Shown here one piece after another: positions 19,968 through 28,631 of a DNA stretch of 32,000 nucleotides. A model generated the notes under the pieces. It saw only the letters and a list, made by a program, of their open reading frames with translations, searched no databases and had not been told where the DNA came from. Within the stretch, counting starts at the first letter, position 1. Each line of letters opens with the position of its first letter. A program made the position numbers and the translations under genes. This DNA comes from Crocosphaera subtropica ATCC 51142 (GTDB taxonomy: Bacteria > Cyanobacteriota > Cyanobacteriia > Cyanobacteriales > Microcystaceae). The stretch covers positions 3,900,001-3,932,000 of the forward strand of contig NC_010546.1 of NCBI RefSeq assembly GCF_000017845.1, written 5' to 3'.

Positions 19968-20903
19968 ATGCGTATTTTAATCATGGGTGGAACCCGTTTT
20001 ATTGGGGTTTATCTCACCAAAGAATTAGTCAAACAAGGCCATGAAGTGGTCTTATTTAATCGAGGAAATAAAGCCGCACCTATTGAAGGGATAACACAAA
20101 TTCACGGCGATCGCAAGGATGCTAACCAGTTAAAAGAAAAGTTAGCTTCTGAAAGTTTTGATGCTATTTTTGATAACAATGGCCGGGAATTAAGCGATAC
20201 TCAACCCCTAGTAGAAATATTTAATAATAAGGTTAAACATTTTGTTTATGTGAGTTCAGCAGGAGTCTATTTAAAGTCCGATCAAATGCCTCATATAGAA
20301 GGGGATGAAGTTGATCCGAATAGTCGTCATAAAGGAAAATTTGAAACCGAAAGTTACTTAGGAAAATCAGGTATTCCCTGGACTTCTATTCGTCCCACCT
20401 ATATCTATGGTCCCCAAAATTATAATGATTTAGAAGCTTGGTTTTTTGATAGAATTGTAAGAAATCGACCCATTCCTATTCCGGGTAATGGTTTAAATTT
20501 TACCCAATTTGGTCATATTCAAGACTTAGCAAAAGGGATGGCTGCCGTATTAGGAAATGAACAAGCGATCGGACAAATTTATAACATTTCAGGGGAACGT
20601 TATGTTACTTTTGATGGGTTAGCTAAAGCTTGCGCCGTTGCTGCTGGTAAATCGGCTGATGACATCAAAATTGTTCATTATGATCCTAAACAATTTGACT
20701 TCGGGAAAAAGAAAGTATTCCCATTAAGAATGCAACACTTTTTTGCTGATATTCATAAAGCATTGCAGGAATTAGATTGGAAACCCGAATATGATTTAAT
20801 TAACGGTTTAAAAGACTCATTTGAAAATGATTATTTAGCCTCTAAACGGGACCAAGCTGACATTGATTTTAGCTTAGATGAACAAATCTTATCAGAGTCT
20901 TAA
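19968..20903 (+). CDS. NAD-dependent epimerase/dehydratase family protein (CSP41-like)
   Basis: N-terminal Rossmann motif ILIMGGTRFIGVYL. 311 aa, with overall SDR-extended architecture like cyanobacterial CSP41 homologues. Confidence 0.8.
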   Translation: MRILIMGGTRFIGVYLTKELVKQGHEVVLFNRGNKAAPIEGITQIHGDRKDANQLKEKLASESFDAIFDNNGRELSDTQPLVEIFNNKVKHFVYVSSAGVYLKSDQMPHIEGDEVDPNSRHKGKFETESYLGKSGIPWTSIRPTYIYGPQNYNDLEAWFFDRIVRNRPIPIPGNGLNFTQFGHIQDLAKGMAAVLGNEQAIGQIYNISGERYVTFDGLAKACAVAAGKSADDIKIVHYDPKQFDFGKKKVFPLRMQHFFADIHKALQELDWKPEYDLINGLKDSFENDYLASKRDQADIDFSLDEQILSES

Positions 20904-21228
20904 CTATAGCCATTTTTCATTAGTCTAGACAGAAGAATAACAAAATTCATTCCAAAGATAAACCAAGCAATGAAAATCATCAACTTCATTAATTTTGGCA
21001 ATAAACCTTGGAAACCCTAAAGTAAGTTGAGAGATTGGGAAAATTCTCAGCCAGTTTAAAATGAAATTAAAGTATAGGTAAGGTTGCAAGATTAACTGTA
21101 TATTATTATCTAGCTGAGACTCTCAACTTTTTCTTCATTGTATCTTTCCTAGACTAATACAAAGAGGAATAAGTGTGATCGGTTGGTTGCGTTTTCGGTA
21201 AATACTGTGTTATAGTAAAAACTTGTTC

Positions 21229-21302
21229 GGACGTATAGCTCAGTTGGTTAGAGTACATCGTTGACATCGATGGGGTCACTGGTTCGAGTCCAGTTACGTC
21301 CA
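21229..21302 (+). tRNA. tRNA-Val (anticodon GAC)
   Basis: Cloverleaf read by eye. Acceptor stem GGACGTA (21229-21235) pairs with TACGTCC (21295-21301), with discriminator A at 21302. D-loop is AGCTCAGTTGGTTAGAG. Anticodon stem CATCG/CGATG has loop TTGACAT (anticodon GAC at 21263-21265). T-arm is GGTTCGAGTCC. CCA is not encoded. Confidence 0.95.
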
Positions 21303-21346
21303 TACTAGTCATAACAAGCATTGCAGCCTATTTTGTGACTTTATGT

Positions 21347-21394
21347 TGTACATTAACAGATTATTTGTCATCGGTAACATATTATGTGTCGTGT
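21347..21394. repeat. Transposon terminus: TGTACA end plus two tandem TnsB-type binding repeats
   Basis: The sequence starts TGTACATTAACAGATTATTTGTCATCGG TAACATATTATGTGTCGTGTG. Two 20-bp direct repeats (21354-21373 and 21375-21394) share 16/20 positions. As far as I recall, Tn7-like/V-K ends start with TGT(ACA) and carry arrays of such repeats. Confidence 0.65.
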
Positions 21395-21433
21395 GCTTAT
21401 TACTGAAGCTAATCCTAGATCATGGTAAAAAAT

Positions 21434-21610
21434 CTTTCAATCCATCTCATTAACCAAAATAGATTGTGACAGTACAATGACAGGGTTTTGATTCCAGATT
21501 CTTACTTTCAATCCATCTCATTAACCAAAATAGATTGTGACGATGGAAAATATACCTCAAACAAGCATTACCACTTTCAATCCATCTCATTAACCAAAAT
21601 AGATTGTGAC
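21434..21610 (-). CRISPR. CRISPR array, 3 repeats / 2 spacers, type V-K repeat
   Basis: Three identical 37-nt repeats at 21434-21470, 21505-21541 and 21574-21610. The minus-strand repeat is GTCACAATCTATTTTGGTTAATGAGATGGATTGAAAG, ending in the V-K-typical TTGAAAG. Spacers are 34 nt (21471-21504) and 32 nt (21542-21573). Confidence 0.9.
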
Positions 21611-21924
21611 GACAGAAGCCCAAAAACCTTATGTATTAGGTCTTTTGCTGACTATTTGCGCTGGATGAAACTCTAAAGTTCATTTCAGCTACAGTCTTTA
21701 AACAAAATAAAGACTGAGAAGTGCTACAACCTATATCTAACAACGGGTTCAAGCTTTGCGCTAGACAACTAGAGAAAAAGAGTTGCTTTTACACGCCTCA
21801 AACTAAGATTAAGCAAGGATTTCATCTTGGTCTAGAATGACTCAGTAAAGATTACAGCAACACACCTGCGCCCTTGCAGAATCAAACATTTTGAGAGCGA
21901 ACTCTAAAATGAGTTAATCTTATA

Positions 21925-21950
21925 GGACGTAACTGGACTCGCTTTCAATC
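21925..21950 (-). ncRNA. Delocalized homing crRNA: truncated repeat (GATTGAAAG) + 17-nt spacer matching tRNA-Val
   Basis: The minus strand reads GATTGAAAG|CGAGTCCAGTTACGTCC. The 17-nt spacer (21941-21925) is identical to tRNA-Val nt 21285-21301, which is directly preceded by GGTT (21281-21284). Confidence 0.85.
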
Positions 21951-22010
21951 TACTTAATATCTATAAACCTAACTATGCCTTTAACCATGCTTTATCCCGT
22001 CATCAGTAAG

Positions 22011-22295
22011 AAAAAATAAGTGGATTCCTCCTTGCTCGGAGGTGATTCAGTAGCCATCGCTGTGGTAAACCCACGCCACTTATTGCTGGGAGCGCACCTA
22101 CCCTATAAAATGAAATTATCAGCTAATCTCAAGCTACAGGTTAATCATCTCTACAACCTAAATTGTAGAAATCAGCTTCAGGGTGGACAGCTACTAGGGC
22201 CAGAAAGCACAACTATCTACCAATAGTTAACCTAACCCATTTCCGTAATCCAGAGGTTCAATTAAGAACATAATTTACGGTGCGCGACTTCATTT
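22011..22295 (-). ncRNA. Cas12k tracrRNA
   Basis: Lies between the cas12k stop and the crRNAs on the same strand. It contains anti-repeat segments ATTAACC (complement of 22139-22145) and AATCCA (complement of 22022-22027), which pair with repeat GGTTAAT and TGGATT. It ends in CTTATTTTTT. Blocks TAGGTGCGCTCCCAGCAATAAG and GGCTACTGAATCACC..CAAGG.GGAA match my recollection of the ShCAST tracrRNA scaffold. The 5' boundary is approximate. Confidence 0.75.
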
Positions 22296-22349
22296 ATACT
22301 CTTCAGTATAAAAATACCATATTAGATTGTCAAGGTTCAGATGAAAATT

Positions 22350-24188
22350 TTAAGCAGATAAACGCGACTGGTAAGCTTTGAAAGCTAATTCCGCAGCTTT
22401 TTGTAGCGTAGTTCCCTGTAGTGGTTGTTGGCTTTCTTCAACAACTATTCCTAATTTAGAAGCCTGTGCTTGAATGTTGTCAATTAATCTGCCGTAACTC
22501 TACTGGTGGACTTGTATACGATATTTCTTGGCATATTCTGCTTGTGCTTCAATACAATTGGGGATTTTAGCTTCAGCTTTAGTTTGGATTTCACTTTGAA
22601 TCGCTTCTCTTATATCCTTTAGTTTAGGAACAACAATACTTCCTGCTTGATATTCTTGAGCTATTGATATGATTGCTTTAGCCAATAAACGGTCAATATG
22701 TTGACCTAATTCAGAATCACCAAACTGGTTAAAAGCCTCTTTTTGCTGTGCCACATTTCTTTGATGAGACTGAAGCTGTTTTTGTCTCCGTTGACGGTTA
22801 AGTAAGGGATAATTTTTTCCAAGCAGTTGTTTAATGTTTCGGTAAGTTAACACTTTTCTGGTCATTCCATCAATAACGGCAATAGTAGCAGGTTTTTTGA
22901 GTTCCATCGAAACACCAACTAGAATATTAGATTTTCCTTGATATAAAGGTTGACTGGGGCGAGGAAAGGGATTTTCAAGTCTATCTAAGGTTGATTGTTT
23001 TCGCTTAATAAATGCTTGTTGATTTTTGGTTAAATCCCCCTTTTCGTTCATAGAAGTAAGAACTTTGGCAATTTCTTCTGCCTTTTCCTGTTTGACTTCT
23101 TCTGTCCTTTCTTGTGTCCATAAACGAGTATCTAGGGTACATTGTAGGGTTAAGCGATGAACATTCCAAGGTTGACTTTTTCCAGTCTCTTCTTGCCAGA
23201 GAATGCGTCCAGAACGTAGAGTAAATAAGGCACTAGAATGTTGATTTTTACTAGATTTTTTTATTTGTTGATCTTCGTAAAAACGTTGAAACCATTTAAG
23301 TTGTCGGTTGCCACAATAAATTTCAAATTTTAAGTCACTTATTCCATTAAACTGAACACAAAGACGACCTTTTTCATTTTTTGACCAAGTTAAATCTTCG
23401 TTAGTTTCGTAGTTGATAGGAAAAGGAATTGATGAGGATTTTGTTAGTAAATTATCTTGCCATGATCTCGCTTCTTCAATATTTTCAGGATCAGTACAAC
23501 AAGCAATCTTTAATGTTTCTAACCAATTCTCATTAGTTACATCTCGACCTTGAGGTAAACGACTATTAATTTGTTCTTGTAGTCGTTTAAGCATGATTTC
23601 TACTTTACGGCGACGTTTAGCAAATTTCTTAGTATCTTCTGGTTTTTGAGGAAGTTGACAGCGATTTTTAAGTAAGTATTTTAAGGCTGTTCGAGTTAGA
23701 ATATCTTGTTCATTTCTATAGTCTTGAAAGAGAGTATTAAATAAACGTTCTGTTCCTTCATAAGATTGAAGGATTTCAGTAGCTTTCTGGCGAATTGTTT
23801 CTAAATCTGTTTGACCGTCTTTGATTAATTGATGATCACTTTTTAAGACTTCTAACCAGCGTCTTTTTCGATCAAGTTTTCGCTGTAGTCGTTGTTGAAG
23901 TTTAAGCCAAGATTTGAAGATATATTTTACTAAATTAATGCCAGAAGTATAAAACCGTGCAGGTTGTCCTAAAAAACGGGGATCTTTCTTTAATTCATTA
24001 CCTAATTGTTCGATAACCTTTACTTTTAGTCTTCCTCACTGTTTCCACTTTTCAAAGTCGGGGTGTTGTGCCACTTTTTGCAGTAATTCGTTGATAAATG
24101 GCGTGTTTAAGTCTGTCATTAGTCGCCAAAGGGTGTGACGGATGGGTTCTTTAGCAACGAGACGACATTGAATGGTGATTTGACTCAT
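22350..24188 (-). pseudogene. cas12k: cas12k (612 codons) interrupted by two in-frame stop codons
   Basis: ATG at 24188 (MSQITIQCRLVAKEPIRHTLWRLMTDLNTPFINELLQKVAQHPDFEKWKQ) is followed by TGA at 24038-24036. The same frame continues without shift through the track ORF 23594-22500, which ends in TAG at 22502-22500 (...YRIQVHQ*). It then runs on in frame (SYGRLIDNIQAQASKLGIVVEE...SRLSA) to TAA at 22352-22350. Strongly collinear with the ShCas12k sequence as I recall it. The RuvC-I position reads GVSMELKKPATIAVID, with no GxDxG aspartate. Confidence 0.9.
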
Positions 24189-24208
24189 CTCATTTAAACA
24201 AAAGCGTC

Positions 24209-24230
24209 TAATACAAACATAATTGTATTA
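24209..24230. promoter_or_regulatory. Palindrome in cas12k/cvkR divergent intergenic region (candidate CvkR operator)
   Basis: TAATACAA-acataa-TTGTATTA: perfect 8-bp arms with a 6-nt spacer. It is centred in the 68-bp gap between the cas12k ATG (24188) and the MerR-gene ATG (24257). Confidence 0.4.
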
Positions 24231-24256
24231 TAGCAAGTCTTTGTAAAATAGAGGTC

Positions 24257-24685
24257 ATGGGAGAAATTTTTTTTACCTCTAAGGATGCTGCTAAAATTAC
24301 GGGGTGTACTCTGCGCCAGTTACAGTATTGGCGGGAAAAAGGGGTTATTGTCCCGATGGTGAGTGCAACGGGAACGGGGAGAAGCGTTTATTATTCTCGT
24401 TCTGAGTTGGTGGAGTTGGCAGTAATGGTAAATTTGCTGTCAGTGGGGTTAACTTTTGAGTCTGCTTCTGGAGTGTTGCAGCAGTTAAGGGAAATTGAGC
24501 CGAATTTTGCTGAGGAGAAAAGTCAACGGCGTTTAATGTTGGTTTTTGACACTTCTGAGGGAATGCTGAGGTTAAAGGATTTTGAGCGAGAGAGTGCGAT
24601 CGCTTTTCTAGATCAAGGTTTCCCTGTTATTCCTGTGTGGGTAGATGAAATTTATCAGAAATTAGATGCTCAGTTGCTAAATTAA
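24257..24685 (+). CDS. cvkR: MerR-type HTH transcriptional regulator (CvkR-like, Cas V-K repressor)
   Basis: 142 aa. The N-terminal FTSKDAAKITGCTLRQLQYWREKGVIVP is a MerR-family HTH. It is divergently transcribed from cas12k, the position reported for CvkR in V-K CASTs. Confidence 0.75.
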   Translation: MGEIFFTSKDAAKITGCTLRQLQYWREKGVIVPMVSATGTGRSVYYSRSELVELAVMVNLLSVGLTFESASGVLQQLREIEPNFAEEKSQRRLMLVFDTSEGMLRLKDFERESAIAFLDQGFPVIPVWVDEIYQKLDAQLLN

Positions 24686-24773
24686 ACCTAAAAGGATTAT
24701 GATAAACAATACATAAATACTAACTAAATTAAAGACAAGTTTTTTACATAAGGATAAAATTATCAATTTAACT

Positions 24774-25841
24774 ATGCAACTTATTCAAACTAGACCGAAA
24801 AAGTCAAGTAGGACGACAACAAAAGCATGGCTCAAAACTCTGACCTTAGCTTGTTCCTATGCTGGATTATCGGGGAAAAAGTCGCCTTGGGATTTAGCTG
24901 ACTTAACTTTACAAGTACAAACAAGATGGCAAAATGATTCTAGATATAATTTAAAAGAACTATCTAATGCTTGTAATATTTCTGAATCACGATTACGTTT
25001 GTTAGCAAGAACAGCAAAATTTTATCCTCCTCAAAAACGCTTTCAACAGCTTAGTATTACTCATCATATTGAGGCAATGCGAAAGGCTCCCGATAAGGCT
25101 TATTATTGGCTCAATCAAGCATTAGAAAAAAAATGGAGTGGTAGAGAGATACGTTTAGCTATTTCGGGAGATGGCGATCCTAAAAAATTTTCATGGTTAC
25201 GATGTGGAACATTTTGGTATTTTTCTCATTGCGATCCTAGATTTGGAATTAAATATCCTGGCCGTATTCCAGGGCAAATACCAGCTAATTTAATACACTA
25301 TTTTACTGAACCTAATGATTTAGTTGTAGATTTAATGGCAGGAGGTGGCTCAACTTTAGATGCGGCTAAGTTTTTGGATAGAAAGTGTTTAGGTTATGAC
25401 TTAGTTTCTGTTCGTCCTGATATTTTAATTAATGATGCTCTTGTCGGTATTCCAAAAGAAGCTTACAATGCAAAATTAATTTTTTTAGATCCTCCTTATG
25501 GTGCGATCGCTAAAAATTTATATAGCAAACATCCTCATTGTTTATCGCAAATGAATGAAAAGGAATTTGTTAAAGCTTTAGTTACTATTAGTGAATATTG
25601 TGGTCAAGCTTTGGTATCTGATGGATACTTAGCAATTTTATTACAAAATGTCTATGACTGGGAAAGCGATACAGTATTTAAAATCATCCAAAGTTTTTTT
25701 GATAATAATTGGAAGCTTGTTCGTAGAATTCAAGCTCCTATTTCTAATCAACAAATTTCATCTAGTGTTATGAAATGGGCTAGAGAAAATCGCAAAATGA
25801 TCAATACAGATCGTGATTTGTTAATTTTTCAAATGATTTAA
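24774..25841 (+). CDS. DNA methyltransferase (N6-adenine/N4-cytosine type) with N-terminal HTH/ParB-like extension
   Basis: SAM motif I is VVDLMAGGGSTLDAA and catalytic motif IV is IFLDPPYG. The N-terminal about 130 aa (LSITHHIEAMRKAP...WSGREIRLAI) resembles DNA-binding extensions of phage/plasmid methylases. No adjacent restriction endonuclease. Confidence 0.8.
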   Translation: MQLIQTRPKKSSRTTTKAWLKTLTLACSYAGLSGKKSPWDLADLTLQVQTRWQNDSRYNLKELSNACNISESRLRLLARTAKFYPPQKRFQQLSITHHIEAMRKAPDKAYYWLNQALEKKWSGREIRLAISGDGDPKKFSWLRCGTFWYFSHCDPRFGIKYPGRIPGQIPANLIHYFTEPNDLVVDLMAGGGSTLDAAKFLDRKCLGYDLVSVRPDILINDALVGIPKEAYNAKLIFLDPPYGAIAKNLYSKHPHCLSQMNEKEFVKALVTISEYCGQALVSDGYLAILLQNVYDWESDTVFKIIQSFFDNNWKLVRRIQAPISNQQISSSVMKWARENRKMINTDRDLLIFQMI

Positions 25842-25857
25842 GCAGGACAAGTATTTT

Positions 25858-27432
25858 ATGAATAACCAAAAATTTAATGGTGAATCACTGTATGTGTTAC
25901 CTGATTCTGAGAAAGGAGATAAAAGCCTTAAGATTTGTATCGATTTCGATGCAACTTCTGAACAACCAAAATTTAAACGCAACGATTATGTTTTAATTTC
26001 TCAATCAGAACAACATCAGTGGGTCGGACAGATTGCAGATGTAGAAAGAATTATTTGTCCAATGGGACAATATTCAGATAACACCATCGAGTATCTTAGA
26101 AGACAAGTTTTAGCTCCCGATACAGTTCGTCCGCTTCGGGTTGTTAGATTGTTTGAAGTTCGGATTATTGGTCAATATATTGATGATGAATTGGATGTAC
26201 CTCTAAACAACATTTTGCCAGGAGCTTTAGTCAGTAAATTAGATGAAAAAAGAATTCGTAATTTAATTAATATTCCTCAAATCAAAACTTATTCAGATAA
26301 GTCTCAAAATGTTGTTGGTATTATTCAAAATGCTGAAAACATACCATTAACAATAGATCGTTTAATCATTAGAGATCATATTGGTGTAGGGGGTGCATCA
26401 GGACGAGGAAAGTCAAATTTGAACGAGAATCTAGTGGCGATCGCACAACAAGAAGGATGCTGTATTATTCAGCATGATGCTAAACCTGATTTTAGATACA
26501 TTGAAAAAGCTAATACAGACTCTCATCCTGCTATTCAAGCAAACTGGGAAAAATTTAAAGATTATGGTCTAAAACCTAGAGGAGCAAAAGATGTATTTAG
26601 AATTGCGATCGCTAATCATTTGCCACCTGATGACGTTAAAGTGGACATGATATTAGGGTTTAATGCTTCTGACTTAAATCCTGAATTACTGGCTCAACTA
26701 TTATCTCCTGGTACAGATCAAGCTTCTATTAATGCTCAAGATAATCTAGTCAAAGCAATTTATGGATTAAGGAGAAGAGATTACACACTAAATGACATCG
26801 TGGCAGAAGTTCAAAGGCGAAGGGCTGACGATGAAACTGCTCAAAATAATTATCAAGCTGCTGATCTGATACATCCAATGACTGTTGACTCTATTTTAAG
26901 AAAAATCAATAGCAATCGTCAAAGATTAGATTGGTTAGATACGGTAGGGAACTCAGTGAATAGAGGAGACATTAATAAAAGTAAGCACTTGGCCAGTAAC
27001 AAAAATCCTCAAAAAGTACAAAGATTTACTCCAGAACACATTTTTAAATCAGGAAGGATTATTATGATTGATTATCATAACATTTCTAAAGACGATGAAA
27101 ACTCTTATGCCATTATTTTGGAATATTTGCTGCGACAAGCTCATGATTATGTTTTGAATTCCGATCTAAATATTGTCGAAATGATTGATGAAGCTCATCG
27201 AGTATTTAATAATACATCTCGTCGAGCAAGTGCCTTAGTAAAATCTTTTACAAAATTTGCCCGTGAAGGTCGTGTAAAAGGTCACTGGATGATTGTTAGC
27301 ACTCAGTTATTTAGTGATATCGATCCAGAGGTTAGAGAAAACTTAAATACCAGATTTGTGTTACAACAAAATACAAGAGACGCAGCCAAGATTGCTACAG
27401 AAAATATGGGAAGTGATTTTATTGATACAGTA
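25858..27432 (+). pseudogene. HerA/FtsK-like ATPase, 5' part (525 codons) interrupted by IS
   Basis: Walker A is GVGGASGRGKSN and Walker B is IVEMIDEAHRVF. The N-terminal barrel-like segment reads DYVLISQSEQHQWVGQIADVE. The reading frame leaves the gene at the IS boundary (27433). The track ORF end DISKNP* is IS-derived. Confidence 0.65.
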
Positions 27433-28629
27433 GACATCTCCAAGAATCCATAACCCAGTTACAGCAATGAAAACAGGCAGATTAAACTTGAAGTCAAAAT
27501 TAGCCTTCAGAACGAATTAATAAGGGGTTGAAGGAATTAACTCTAATTTGGACATAAAACTATGGCTCATTATAACGTCAATTACCTCTCCAGATTGGGA
27601 GGATTCTATTATTTTCAAAATCAAGGAACTAATTCTCAACCGAACTAATCCACAAACGGTTAACAAAACCGATTTATATCGACTCTTATGTAAGCGAAAT
27701 CTTTCTTGAACTACTTTAAATACTTTGACAACTCGAATTAAATGCTCAACAAAAATCCGATTAGATGATAAAGCTTTATTTTCTTTTATTTGAGCTTCAG
27801 TTAATTCTCTTTTCTTAGTTTTTTTATGCGGAGTGATAATTTGAGTCTCTCCAATGTAGGCTTTATCAGCACTAAAAGTTTGGTTTATCTTGAATTTATT
27901 TAAAGTTTGCCGACAGATGTTAATGTCACTTGTCGGCCCAGGTTTTCCAATTACTACATCAATAATATCTTCAGCTTTTGGCAAGACAACGAATTGACTT
28001 TTTAAAGTATGTCTTTTCTGCTTACCCTGTCTCTTGGTGCGCGTTCCCTAGGCGATTACGAATCGCCGGGGTCGCACCGCAATAATATTTTTTTTGTTCT
28101 TGATAATCTGAAGGTCTTTCAATAGCCTGTTCTGCGCTGTCTACAATCAATTCATAATCAGTTAACATTTCAAGAACTATTTCTTTTTCTTCTTGAAACT
28201 TTTTTATTTGTTCTAATAAACTTGGTGGTAACTCTCCTTCAAAAAGTGTTTGCCAATAAGTAAAAATATTATGAGCCGTTGACTCACTTACTTGAAAAAG
28301 TAGTCCTAAGAGTTGAAAACTTATATTATGTCTTAAATAAACTAACGTTAGAACAATTTGTTCTTCTTCTGCTAATAAAGATGGACTTCCCGCACCAGGT
28401 TGATTAATTCTAATTTTTGTTTTTTCGTTCTCTTCTTTTTTTTTCTGATGAAGAAGCTTCCCTAGAGCAATCAATTGTTCCAATTGATTGTCATCAATTC
28501 CTAATAATCTTTTGGTTTGTTTAGGATATTTTTTTAGATAGCTCCAAGTGTAAGTTTCCATTCTTTTTTGAACTAATTATTCATTTTATTATACTATATT
28601 TCTTGATTTTATTAAATTATGGAGATGTC
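27433..28629 (-). mobile_element. IS5-family (DDE_Tnp_4 / Harbinger-like) insertion sequence, 1197 bp, TA target duplication
   Basis: Terminal inverted repeat GACATCTCCA at 27433-27442 and its complement at 28620-28629. It is flanked by TA (27431-27432 and 28630-28631). Removing the IS plus one TA restores an in-frame HerA-like ORF. Confidence 0.8.
27517..28561 (-). pseudogene. IS5-family transposase split into two ORFs by a 50-nt insertion
   Basis: The N-terminal ORF (28561-28022) carries an HTH_Tnp_4-like segment (LTLVYLRHNISFQLLGLLFQVSESTAHNIF). The C-terminal part (frame open from about 28024: GKQKRHTLKSQFVVLPKAEDIIDVVIGKPGPTSDI...ADKAYIG...NRIFVEHLIRVVKVFK) is the DDE domain. The usually contiguous YxGKxKRHT motif is separated by GC-rich sequence at 28026-28075. 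Confidence 0.7.
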
Positions 28630-28631
28630 TA

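Noticed and set aside
21229-21400. tRNA-linked integrase-type genomic island (tyrosine recombinase with duplicated tRNA 3' end)
   Set aside because: No integrase gene and no direct repeat of the tRNA 3' end are visible. The TGTACA terminus, PAM-protospacer geometry and tniQ/tnsC fit a Tn7-like CAST insertion downstream of an intact tRNA instead.
21434-21610. Array read on the plus strand as a conventional adaptive CRISPR locus
   Set aside because: Only the minus-strand repeat ends in TTGAAAG and pairs with the tracrRNA. cas12k is on the minus strand and no cas1/cas2 genes are present.
21488-21676. 62-aa plus-strand ORF with internally repeated peptide FQSISLTKIDCDD
   Set aside because: It is simply a translation through the CRISPR repeats (21505-21610). 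The repetition comes from the array, not from a protein.
21692-21716. 9-bp perfect hairpin CAGTCTTTA-aacaaaa-TAAAGACTG between homing crRNA and array, considered as a terminator
   Set aside because: No U-tract follows on either strand, so its function cannot be assigned. It may be part of the array leader.
22020-22226. 68-aa plus-strand ORF between cas12k and the array
   Set aside because: It lies antisense to the conserved tracrRNA region. It has no RBS and its composition is not coding-like, so it is treated as spurious.
22500-23594. 364-aa ORF as a stand-alone gene
   Set aside because: The same frame continues upstream to the ATG at 24188 and downstream to the TAA at 22350, interrupted only by single stop codons. 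It is the middle segment of cas12k.
27984-28030. Programmed ribosomal frameshift joining the two IS5 transposase ORFs
   Set aside because: No slippery heptamer was seen. The break coincides with a compositionally foreign 50-nt palindromic insert that splits a normally contiguous motif, so insertional disruption is the better explanation.
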